Positions 10,508-19,140 of a stretch of 64,000 nt of DNA are shown here, in pieces (within the stretch, counting starts at the first letter, position 1; each line of letters opens with the position of its first letter). The notes beneath the pieces were generated by a model that saw nothing but the letters and a program-made list of their open reading frames with translations, made no database searches and was not told the origin of the DNA. This DNA is from an uncultured Chloroflexia bacterium (GTDB lineage Bacteria; Chloroflexota; Chloroflexia; Thermomicrobiales; UBA6265). The stretch covers positions 24,538-88,537 of the forward strand of contig CAVUJM010000043.1 in the NCBI GenBank assembly GCA_963741795.1, written 5' to 3'. Both the position numbers and the translations under genes were made by a program.

Positions 10508-10807
10508 CTACCGGACGGATGCGCCATAGGCGGCCTTGCGGTCCAGCTCCTCGAGCAGGTCGGTGTTCTGGTCGCTGAAGATCATCTGGATCCGCTCGAT
10601 GCGCCCGGGCTCGTCGGAGTTCAGCTCCGCCATCGCCTTCCGCAGCGCGATGATCCGGAAATCGTCCTCGGCGTTCTTCTCCTCCAGCCGGTCGAGCCGG
10701 TCGAGGAATGCCGCAATCTCCAGCACCCGGTTACGCTGCTCCATGAAGTACTGGTCGATGTGCTGCTGCTGCGTCAACGGGCTCTTGGGAACGGTGATCT
10801 CGCTCAT
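10508..10807 (-). CDS. Small helical hypothetical protein inside the ebo-type cluster
   Basis: 99 aa. Its start overlaps the eboD stop by 4 nt (10804-10807). It is too short for me to equate confidently with EboA. Confidence 0.5.
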   Translation of the reverse strand: MSEITVPKSPLTQQQHIDQYFMEQRNRVLEIAAFLDRLDRLEEKNAEDDFRIIALRKAMAELNSDEPGRIERIQMIFSDQNTDLLEELDRKAAYGASVR

Positions 10808-12012
10808 GATGTAACTCCTGTCCTCACGCGCGCCGCGCTCTCGGCCGCAAGCACGTGCATCGACTCGACAATGACCGACTCGTCCATTTCGTGGACCTCG
10901 ACGCCGCGACCAATCCCTTCCAACAACATGATCGTCAGCTCCCCACCCAGATGCTCACGGAACTCGTTCAACCCCGCAAGGATCGACGACGACGTTCCAC
11001 GCTGCTCCAGGGACGCGAGCAACTCTGGCGCGGAGATCGGCAGCCCGACGGCGACGAACACGTCGAGGATGCGTCGCCAGTCGTCCTCCGGCAGCATCCC
11101 CAGCTTCCATGCATACGTGGAATCCAGCGCGATGCCGATCGCGACCGCCTCACCGTGGCGCCAGGCGTAGCCGGAGATCTGCTCCAGCTTGTGCGCCGCC
11201 CAGTGGCCGAAGTCGAGCGGCCGCGACGACCCGAACTCGAACGGATCACCGCTGGTCGCGATGTGCTGCAGGTGCAGCTCCGCGCAGCGGAAGATCAGCC
11301 AGTCCATCGCCTCGGCATCGCGTTCGCGCAGCGCCGTCGCCTGCTCCTCGATCCACGCGAAGAAGGACGCATCCTTCAGCAACGCGACCTTGATCGCCTC
11401 GGCGATGCCACCGATCCATTCGCGGTCCGGCAGCCGGGAGATGAGCAGGGCATCGTTGATCACGGCATACGGCGGGGCGAAGGTGCCCAGGAAGTTCTTC
11501 TTGCCGAACTTGTTGACGCTGTTCTTCACGCCGACGCCGGAGTCGTTCTGGGAGAGGATCGTCGTGGGCATGCGAATCAGGCGAATCCCGCGGTGCGCCG
11601 TCGCCGCCGCGTAGCCAACCATATCGAGGATCGCCCCGCCGCCGATCACGACGACGTAGGAATGCCGGTCGATACCGCCGGCGTCGATCGCGGCATGGAT
11701 CTCGTCGACGATCTCCGGGTCATTCTTGATCGCCTCGCCACCGGAAACCAGCATCGGTGGCTGGACAAGCTGCAGCTGCCTGCCATGCGCGGCGAACCAC
11801 GCCTCGATCTCCGGCGCGAGGTCGGGATACGCGTTGGCGACACCGCCGTCGAGGACAACCAGCACCTTCCGCACGCGGGCCGCGCCATCGCGCGCGCAGA
11901 CCTCGGCGAGGATCTCGTTGTCAGGATGGAAGACATCCCGGGTGAACAGGACTGGATAGGTATACGGGACCTGGATCGATTGCTCGATCACGCGGGATTG
12001 AACGTGGGACAT
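10804..12012 (-). CDS. eboD: 3-dehydroquinate-synthase-like sugar phosphate cyclase (EboD-type)
   Basis: DHQS-fold motifs VVVIGGGAILDMVGYAAATAHRGIRLIRMPTT and LSQNDSGVGVKNSVN. It is the first gene of the minus-strand cluster. Confidence 0.8.
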   Translation of the reverse strand: MSHVQSRVIEQSIQVPYTYPVLFTRDVFHPDNEILAEVCARDGAARVRKVLVVLDGGVANAYPDLAPEIEAWFAAHGRQLQLVQPPMLVSGGEAIKNDPEIVDEIHAAIDAGGIDRHSYVVVIGGGAILDMVGYAAATAHRGIRLIRMPTTILSQNDSGVGVKNSVNKFGKKNFLGTFAPPYAVINDALLISRLPDREWIGGIAEAIKVALLKDASFFAWIEEQATALRERDAEAMDWLIFRCAELHLQHIATSGDPFEFGSSRPLDFGHWAAHKLEQISGYAWRHGEAVAIGIALDSTYAWKLGMLPEDDWRRILDVFVAVGLPISAPELLASLEQRGTSSSILAGLNEFREHLGGELTIMLLEGIGRGVEVHEMDESVIVESMHVLAAESAARVRTGVTS

Positions 12013-12197
12013 GGATCAGGAACATCCTTCAGGCTGCGTGGTCCTCTCCAAAGGGACACGAAAGGGAAACGGTGAATCACCGACGCCGGTTGCCAATGGA
12101 CTTCCGGGGACACGATGTCGGTATTATCCCGCATCCGTTCCATTGCGCCACCATCGGCACACCAACGTGACCGGCGGTCACAGGGATCATCTGGAAT

Positions 12198-12436
12198 TGT
12201 GGATAACCCCGCCCATATGGTGGATAACCCGCCACATTTGTGGACAACATGCCGGGGATTGTGGTGAAAGCCGGGTTGGGCCGTGTGTGGGCTGTGCATG
12301 TCGCGGGGACGCCCGTGGGGATTGTCAACGCTGTCGGAAGACGTGACAGTGGAGCCGTGGATGACGCTGGCCGGTTGTCCACGACGAAATTTCGGCGCCA
12401 TATCGGGCCAATCGGGACTTATCCCCACTATCCACA
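12198..12436. promoter_or_regulatory. Cluster of 8 DnaA-box-like 9-mers (oriC-like / DnaA-binding region)
   Basis: TGTGGATAA 12198, GGTGGATAA 12219, TGTGGACAA 12239 and TGTGGTGAA 12260 are spaced 20-21 bp apart. CGTGGATGA is at 12356. On the opposite strand are TTGTCCACG 12375, TTATCCCCA 12419 and CTATCCACA 12428. Confidence 0.65.
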
Positions 12437-12441
12437 CCCCC

Positions 12442-12485
12442 TATTAACGGTTACGAATTCTCTTTCATACTTTAAGAATTAACGG
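12442..12485. other. AT-rich tract (candidate DNA unwinding element) right after the last DnaA-box pair and a C5 run
   Basis: TATTAACGGTTACGAATTCTCTTTCATACTTTAAGAATTAACGG is about one-third G+C by my count, in an otherwise GC-rich window. Confidence 0.5.
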
Positions 12486-12684
12486 GCACGGACAACGCTC
12501 ACGTGGACACACGTCACATGCACACACCAAACCACCTCCATTCCATAGACCCCGGACCCCGGCCGAGCGCGCAGCGCGAGAAGCGTCAGCGAGCCTTTGT
12601 GTCCGGGGTCGTGCGCGGAGACTCACGGGCATCAGGTCGCTTGTGCGACGTGACTGCGTACGAGGTGAACGTCTTCGAAGACGC

Positions 12685-13761
12685 TTAGTAATAGATCGTC
12701 GGTGTCAGGTGATAGGGATGGAGGGCGCCCGGAAGCGCCTGCGACTGCGTCCACAGCAACCAGTCCAGCTCATATGCCGAAAACGCGCGGCCGCGGTCCC
12801 GTAACGCCTGGCGCAGCAGCTCCACGCCCCAGATCGTGCCGGCGCGAATCTCTATCTCGACCAATGATCCGGCCGGGATGTGCTCGCGCGCCTCGATGAT
12901 CGCCGCCAGCCCGGGCGCGTAGCGCAGGATGCCCAGCTCGCGGAGCATCTGCGGCACCTTGTAGTCCGCGAATGCCGTCAAGGTGTGGAGATCGTGGAAA
13001 ACGCCGAGCGGCGAGCCCTGGAGCCCACCCGCGAGATCGCCGGCGAGGATCTGGGCGCGCTTGTAGAAGCGCACCTCGTTTCCGGGCAGGCCGGTTTCGC
13101 CGCGCGGCCAGGTCGCGACGTCATGAAACGATGGGAACCGCCGCACGACGTCCTCGATCAGCGCGATGGCCGAGCCCTTGGCCTGCTGGATCAGCGTTGT
13201 CGCTGGTCTCTCGCTGTCGAGGTCGAGCAGGCCGCTGCCGAGCTCGCGGAGGTTCCAGACACGATGGTGGAAGAGCGGGATGAGCGCATGGCCCTCTGCA
13301 GGCGCCAGGATCGCCTCCACGGTCCCGTCATCGATGTTCGCGAGAAACGGTGCATTGTGCAGCGGCACGCCGTTCTCGACGGCCCTGGTGAGCGCGGCAA
13401 CGAGGGCGACGTAGCCGTCGACCAGCTCCCCGCGCCACTCGACGCGCCAGCGGAAGGCGGGATCGCTCCCCTGCCCCCAGAAGCAGAAGTTCAACGCGTC
13501 CAGCACAAGGATCCACATCGCCGTGCGCTCGTCGCCGTCCGGTCCGGTCGCCCGGTAGTGCAGCGCCGCATCCCACTCCGGGGCAGAGTCGTGATCGCGA
13601 AGGTCATCGGCGACCGTGGCGATGGCATCCATGTCGATCGCGACATCGTCCGCGGTGCGCATCACGGCCGCGGTCGAGCGCAGGATACCCAGCGGATCCT
13701 CCGCCTCGGTCATCGCGATGCGGGACCAATCGACTCCGGATGCGGGTCGCCACGATGCCAT
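12685..13761 (-). CDS. Queuosine salvage family protein (DUF2419)
   Basis: LDALNFCFW, RFYKRAQILAGDL, LTAFADYKVPQMLRELGIL, and the C-terminal HPYHLTPTIYY. Confidence 0.75.
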   Translation of the reverse strand: MASWRPASGVDWSRIAMTEAEDPLGILRSTAAVMRTADDVAIDMDAIATVADDLRDHDSAPEWDAALHYRATGPDGDERTAMWILVLDALNFCFWGQGSDPAFRWRVEWRGELVDGYVALVAALTRAVENGVPLHNAPFLANIDDGTVEAILAPAEGHALIPLFHHRVWNLRELGSGLLDLDSERPATTLIQQAKGSAIALIEDVVRRFPSFHDVATWPRGETGLPGNEVRFYKRAQILAGDLAGGLQGSPLGVFHDLHTLTAFADYKVPQMLRELGILRYAPGLAAIIEAREHIPAGSLVEIEIRAGTIWGVELLRQALRDRGRAFSAYELDWLLWTQSQALPGALHPYHLTPTIYY

Positions 13762-13762
13762 C

Positions 13763-14389
13763 TCACACCTCGCGGATCATCGTCCAGTGACGAACGGAAC
13801 CCGGAACGAGGGGAACATCCCGCTCGCGGATCCGGAAGCCGAACCGCTCGTAGAAGCGGACGTTCCGCTCCGTGCCGGTTTCGAGATAGACCGGTGCAAC
13901 CTCTCTCGCCAGGACATCGTCCAGCGTGGCCTGGAGGAGCGCGCGACCGGTTCCGGCGCCCTGGCCATCCGGATGAACGCCCAGGTACATGAGGTACCAC
14001 GCCGGGTGTGGCGGGAAGTGCGCCACACAGGCCTCGTCATAGGCGATCAGGCCATGCAGCATCTCTTCGGGAAGTTCGTGGAGATAGGGTGGGAGTTGGG
14101 GCGCCACGCCATCTGGCATCGGCGCCGGCGGGTAGGCGCCCGGCGCGGCGAACGCGGCCACACCGAGCAGCTCCTCACCCCGGAAGGCGCCGTACGCCGC
14201 GTCATCACGGACTGCCGCATGGACGGTATCCGTGATGAGCGGCGCGAGCACCTGCCGCCGGATCTCCTCATCCGGGAGAACGGCGGCGTAACCCGGCTCG
14301 ACCATCATTGCCTCGGCGAGGATGGTGCCGCCCTGGGCGGCGGACGCATGGGAAAGCTTCCTGATATCGATCGACACGTGTGTCCTCAT
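13763..14389 (-). CDS. GNAT family N-acetyltransferase (paralog 1)
   Basis: GVHPDGQGAGTGRALL acetyl-CoA motif and NVRFYERFGF. Confidence 0.8.
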   Translation of the reverse strand: MRTHVSIDIRKLSHASAAQGGTILAEAMMVEPGYAAVLPDEEIRRQVLAPLITDTVHAAVRDDAAYGAFRGEELLGVAAFAAPGAYPPAPMPDGVAPQLPPYLHELPEEMLHGLIAYDEACVAHFPPHPAWYLMYLGVHPDGQGAGTGRALLQATLDDVLAREVAPVYLETGTERNVRFYERFGFRIRERDVPLVPGSVRHWTMIREV

Positions 14390-14442
14390 CGTCTGGGGAT
14401 CATCTGAACGGCGCGAATAGGTCCCGATCCGATGAGTATGCC

Positions 14443-15063
14443 CTAGACCGTGGCGGGAACGCGCGCCGGGCGGTACATCGTCCAGTGCGGCGTGGAGCCC
14501 GGCGCGAGCTGCACCTCGGCCTTGCGCACGTCGAAGCCGAAGCGCTTGTAGAAGCGGACGTTGCGCTGGGTGCCGGTCTCGAGATAGGCCGGGAGGCCGT
14601 CCTTGTCGAGCTCTTCCAGCGACTCGCGCAGCAGCGTACTGCCGATGCCCTTGCCCTGGCCTTCCGGATCGACGCCGAGCAGCTTCAGGTACCAGACCGG
14701 CTCGTCCGGGAAGTGCGTGTAGCAGTTGTCGTCGTACGCCTGGAGGCCCTCGGCGATCTCGGGATCGACGTTCTTCAGGTACGTCGGCGTCCCGTCATCG
14801 TCGGCCGGCGGGTAGGAGCCCGGAGCGCCCCAGATGGCGACGCCGAGGATCTTGCCGGTCTCCTCGTCGGTGGCGACGAAGACGGCGTCGTGCGACATCG
14901 CGGTCTCGATCGAATCGTGCATGCGGGAGACGAGTACGCGGCGGCGCACGTCCTCGTCGGGGAGGACGGCGGCGTAGCCGGGCTCAACCATCATCGCTTC
15001 GGCGATCACCGGGCTGGCGTGCGGGGTCTCATGGGCGTCGAGTTTGCGGATCTGAATACTCAT
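14443..15063 (-). CDS. GNAT family N-acetyltransferase (paralog 2)
   Basis: GVDPEGQGKGIGSTLL and NVRFYKRFGF. It is collinear with paralog 1. I use the ATG at 15061-15063; the longer 529-aa ORF upstream is a shadow ORF over rlmN. Confidence 0.8.
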   Translation of the reverse strand: MSIQIRKLDAHETPHASPVIAEAMMVEPGYAAVLPDEDVRRRVLVSRMHDSIETAMSHDAVFVATDEETGKILGVAIWGAPGSYPPADDDGTPTYLKNVDPEIAEGLQAYDDNCYTHFPDEPVWYLKLLGVDPEGQGKGIGSTLLRESLEELDKDGLPAYLETGTQRNVRFYKRFGFDVRKAEVQLAPGSTPHWTMYRPARVPATV

Positions 15064-15299
15064 AAACGGAAAACGGGTCCTTTTCGATCGTGATCGTCCG
15101 AAACATACTGTGACCTCGCGGGGTGCGGACGATCTCGCGTCCCGCGGGTCATGCCAATCGCCCTCGATCCCGCATGTGCGGGGAGGGCATGGCGACATAC
15201 CGGTATACCTCCCGCCAGTCTCGTGCCGTCGGGGCAATCGATCAGGCTGATACCCCGAGGCGGCACCTGCGGTACCGGTCTCGCACACGTGGTGCGAGA

Positions 15300-16439
15300 C
15301 TACGCGGAGACGGCTTTTTCCTGCTGCATCTGCTGATGCCGGTTGCGAAGCTGGCCGCAGGCGGCGTCGATCTCCACACCGCGCGAGTACCGCACCGTCG
15401 TCGGGATCCCGGCGTCGCGCAGGATGCTCGCGAAGCGCTCGATCACCTCCGGGTTGGGCCGCTCGAACTCCAGCACGTCGACCGGGTTGAACGGGATCAC
15501 GTTCACATGGCAGAGCCGGCCCCTCAGGAGCTGGCCCAGCTCGCGGGCGATCTCGTCGCTGTTGTTGATGCCGTTCATCAGCGCGTACTCGAACGAGATG
15601 CGCCGGCCGGTCTTCTCCGCGAAGCGGTCCGTCGCCTCCAGCAGCACCTCGATCGGCCAGCGGTTGTTGACCGGCACCAGCTGCGAGCGCAGCTCGTTGT
15701 TCGGCGCGTGCAGCGAGACCGCGAGGTTCACCTGGTACGGCTCGTCGGCCAGGGCGTCGATGCGCGGCACGATGCCAGAGGTCGAGATCGTGATCCGGCG
15801 CGCGCCGAAGTTCATCCCCCGCGGGTCGTGGATGATGTTGATGAACTTCATCGTCTCCGCGTAGTTCTGGAGCGGCTCGCCCATCCCCATCATCACGAGG
15901 TTCGTCAGGTTGCGGCCGAGCTTGCGCGCCTGCCGCGCGGCGTCCACCGTCTGCTGCACGATCTCGCCGGCGGAGAGGCTGCGCGTCAGCCCGCCAAGCC
16001 CGGTCGCGCAGAACGCGCACCCCACCGCACACCCGACCTGGCAGGACACGCAGACCGTTGCGCGGTCCGGATAGAGCATCAGCACCGTCTCCACAAGCTG
16101 GCCGTCGAACGTCTCGTAGAGCAGCTTGTAGGTGTCCCCGTTGTCGGTCACCTGCTCGGAGACCGGCTTCATCGTGCGGAAGGGTGTCCCCTCACCCATC
16201 GCCTGGAGCAACGGGCCGGGCACGTTCGCCATGTCGCCGTAGTCCTCGACGAACTTGTCGTAGGCCCAGTCGAACATCTGCTTCGCGCGGTAGGCAGGGG
16301 CGCCCTGCTCGACCAGGCGTGCCTGCAGGTCGTCGAAGGTCAGGTCGTAGAACCCGCTCAGTCGCTTGCTGCGGGGCACGGCCCGGCGAACGGGCACGAT
16401 GGGGCTCTCGGTTGGTGTGTGCTGGGTCGTCTCTGTCAT
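15300..16439 (-). CDS. rlmN: 23S rRNA/tRNA adenine-C2 methyltransferase RlmN (radical SAM)
   Basis: CVSCQVGCAVGCAFCATG cluster, MGMGEPL, and conserved C-terminal CGQL. Confidence 0.95.
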   Translation of the reverse strand: MTETTQHTPTESPIVPVRRAVPRSKRLSGFYDLTFDDLQARLVEQGAPAYRAKQMFDWAYDKFVEDYGDMANVPGPLLQAMGEGTPFRTMKPVSEQVTDNGDTYKLLYETFDGQLVETVLMLYPDRATVCVSCQVGCAVGCAFCATGLGGLTRSLSAGEIVQQTVDAARQARKLGRNLTNLVMMGMGEPLQNYAETMKFINIIHDPRGMNFGARRITISTSGIVPRIDALADEPYQVNLAVSLHAPNNELRSQLVPVNNRWPIEVLLEATDRFAEKTGRRISFEYALMNGINNSDEIARELGQLLRGRLCHVNVIPFNPVDVLEFERPNPEVIERFASILRDAGIPTTVRYSRGVEIDAACGQLRNRHQQMQQEKAVSA

Positions 16440-16675
16440 GGATCGTTTCAGGGTGATGGGGGAAAGGGCCGAGAGTGGTGACCTCCGCGCGGGAGGCTTT
16501 CGGCATCAACGGGACCATTTTACCATTGGTGGGAAGTCCCTTCCGTTTTGGTCGTAGTGGAGGACATGCGACCAAGGCGGGTAGGGTGTGTGACGACGTG
16601 CAGATCGCACTGTCCTTCCGGCTCGCGCGTACTGTACGTACATCCAAATCGTAACGTCTCACAGGGAGGCTCTGT

Positions 16676-17446
16676 ATGGCCCCGACACCCGGCACGATCG
16701 ATATCAACAGCGACGTCGGCGAGAGCTTTGGCTCATGGACGGTCGGCGCCGACGCCGAGCTCTTCCCGCTCCTGTCCAGCGCCAATGTCGCCTGCGGCTT
16801 CCACGGCGGCGACCCGCGCGTGATGGAGCGCACCGTGCTCACCCTTGCGGACCTGGGCGTGGCGGTCGGGGCCCATCCCGGCTTCCCGGATCTGGTCGGC
16901 TTCGGGCGGCGGGAGATGTCCCTCTCCGCCGACGAGCTGCGGACCGACGTGATGTACCAGATTGGCGCGCTGAAGGCATTTTGTGATGCGGCTGGCGTGG
17001 CGCTGCATCACGTCAAGCCGCACGGCGCGATGTACAACATGGCCGCGAAGGACGAGAAGATGGCCGCAGCGATCGCCCGGGGCATCGCTCTCGCCGCGCC
17101 GGACGCCCTCGTCTACGCGCAGGATGGCTCCGCCCTGGCGCGGGCGGCAGACGCGGCGGGCCTGCGTGTCGCCTATGAGGTCTTCGCCGATCGCGCGTAT
17201 CTCGCGGACGGTCGCCTGGCGCCCCGGTCGCGGCCAGACGCCATGCTGCACGATCCGCTGGAGGTGGCCGATCGGGTGATCCGCATGACGCGCGGCGAGG
17301 CGATCCCCACGGTCGACGGCGATCCGATTGTTGTGCGCGCCGACACGGTCTGCATCCATTCGGACACCCCGGCGGCGGTGGCGATGGCGAAGGCCTTGCG
17401 CGGCGCCCTCGACGCTGCCGGCATCGCGGTCCGCACGTCGGAATGA
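16676..17446 (+). CDS. pxpA: 5-oxoprolinase subunit A (LamB/YcsF family)
   Basis: IDINSDVGESFG, ANVACGFHGGDP and KPHGAMYN motifs. Confidence 0.9.
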   Translation: MAPTPGTIDINSDVGESFGSWTVGADAELFPLLSSANVACGFHGGDPRVMERTVLTLADLGVAVGAHPGFPDLVGFGRREMSLSADELRTDVMYQIGALKAFCDAAGVALHHVKPHGAMYNMAAKDEKMAAAIARGIALAAPDALVYAQDGSALARAADAAGLRVAYEVFADRAYLADGRLAPRSRPDAMLHDPLEVADRVIRMTRGEAIPTVDGDPIVVRADTVCIHSDTPAAVAMAKALRGALDAAGIAVRTSE

Positions 17447-18118
17447 CGGAGCCCCGCTTCTTCCCGGTGCTGCCGTCGGCCCTGCTGATGACGGTCGGCG
17501 ACCGCATCGACGCCACCCTTACGCGGCGTATCGCCCGCTTTGCACAGTGGATCGAACAGGAGTTGGGAGACGTTGTGCGGGACGTCGTCCCCTCCTACAC
17601 GACCGTGCTGGTCCTTTACTGTACGGACGTAACTGACAACGATGCGTTGTCCACGGCACTGTCATTAGGGTGGACAAGATCTGGCGGGCCGAGAAATTCG
17701 CACAGATGATCGAATTATCAGTGTTCCTGTCGTTTATGGGGATGAGTTTGGGGATGACCTGGAGGACGTCGCGCGGCAGACCGGGCTCTCGGCTGATGAG
17801 GTGATTCGACGTCATCAGGAGCCGGTCTACACCGTCGGCGCGCTCGGTTTCGCCCCGGGTTTCACCTACCTCGTCGGCCTCCCGCCCGAGCTGGCGACGC
17901 CGCGCAAGGATCGTCCACGCCTGAGGGTCCCGGCGGGGTCCGTCGGGATCGGTGGCGCGCAGGCTGGCATCTATGCCCTGCCGACCGCTGGCGGCTGGAA
18001 CCTCATTGGCCGCACCGCCTATCCCCTCTTCGACCGCGCCTCCGATGACCCGGTCCGCTTGCGAATGGGTGACCGCGTGCGCTTCCGGCAGATACCGGTA
18101 TCGGAGTGGGTCGAGCCG
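17443..18118 (+). pseudogene. pxpB: 5-oxoprolinase subunit B (KipI / allophanate hydrolase subunit 1 family), frameshifted as assembled
   Basis: The N-terminus is in ORF 17443..17709. The remainder (IISVPVVYGDEFGDDLEDVA...YTVGALGFAPGFTYL) is in the frame of ORF 17801... The switch is plausible at GGG 17686-17688. There is no stop before the pxpC-like part. Confidence 0.75.
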
Positions 18119-19044
18119 GTGATTCATGCGCCGAACGACGCGCCCGGCGATGGGCCGATCGAGGTGGTCGCGCCCGGCATGCAGACAACCGTGCAGGATC
18201 TCGGGCGGATCGGGCACGGCGACACCGGCTTCGCCCCGAACGGTGCCGCCGACAGAACGAGCCTGGTCGCCGCAAACCGGCTGTCGGGAACGACGACAAC
18301 GCGCCGGCGCTGGAGATGACGCTCTCCGGGCCCCACCTGCGCTTCGGTCGGCGCATGACCATCGCCCTCGCCGGAGCCCCGTTCGAGGTGACACTAAACG
18401 GGCTCCCTTTCCCGATGGGTCGCACGCAGGATGTGATGCCCGGCGACGAGCTTCGCATCGGTCATGCGCGACGCGGGATGCGCGCCTATCTCGCGGTCGC
18501 CGGCGGGATCGACGTTCCCCATGTGATGGGCAGCGCCTCGACGGACCTGACGGCGGGCCTTGGCGGTTTCCGGGGACGCGCCCTCCGGGCCGGCGATCGC
18601 CTGCCGGTAGGACGAGCGGATCCATCGCGGAAAGCGCGCCCGGCATCCGGCATACGGATCGACGACCGGCCGTTCCGCGTCGTGCCCGGTCCGCAACGGG
18701 AGTCATTCTCCGACGAGACATGGGAACGGCTTGTACGTACCGGATTTACGGTGTCGTCGGAGGCCAATCGCGTGGGGATCCGGTTGGAGGGGCCGTCGCT
18801 GAAGCCGGAGCGCGGCGCGGACATCATCTCCGAGGGCATCGTCACCGGCTCGATCCAGGTCACCGGCGAGGGCCAGGCGATCGTCATGCTCCCCGGCCAC
18901 GCCACGATCGGCGGCTACACCAAGATCGCCACCGTCATCGAGGAAGACTGGGACCGCCTGGGCCAACTGGCGCCGGGCGATACGATGCGGTTCGAGGAAC
19001 CTGAGCGTAGCGTCGGAGCGTCCACGCAGCGCGAAGCGGCATAA
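18119..19044 (+). pseudogene. pxpC: 5-oxoprolinase subunit C (KipA / allophanate hydrolase subunit 2 family), frameshifted as assembled
   Basis: IEVVAPGMQTTVQDLGRIGH...AANRL is followed, in another frame, by VGNDDNAPALEMTLSGP...SEANRVGIRLEG...GHATIGGYTKIA. The break is near 18283. The start at GTG 18119 is a guess. Confidence 0.75.
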
Positions 19045-19140
19045 CGAGGTGCGGCGATACGATGAACCATGCGTACAGCCGCCCCTCGTGGGCGGCTCAT
19101 ATCAACTGCCTTCGATCATATGTTCGACGATGAGATCCAG

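Noticed and set aside
10508-10807. Calling the 99-aa ORF EboA
   Set aside because: The position in the cluster is suggestive. As I remember them, however, EboA proteins are roughly twice this length, and I see no diagnostic motif. I left it as hypothetical.
6014-12075. Long plus-strand ORFs across the ebo cluster (6014..7018, 7179..7946, 8041..8646, 9917..11170, 10855..12075)
   Set aside because: All are antisense to well-supported minus-strand genes and have Arg/Asp/His/Leu-rich low-complexity composition. They are GC-rich frame artefacts.
15276-15299. GTCTCGCAC-ACGTG-GTGCGAGAC palindrome as a fourth parS
   Set aside because: It shares only the central CACGTG with parS and lacks the TGTTTC/GAAACA arms. 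It sits right after the rlmN stop, so a terminator-type hairpin is more likely.
15064-16032. N-terminal ~320 codons of the 529-aa minus-strand ORF 14443..16032
   Set aside because: This part overlaps rlmN in another frame, is Arg/Pro/Gly-rich with no motifs, and is typical of GC-rich shadow ORFs. Only the last 206 codons (GNAT, from ATG 15063) look real.
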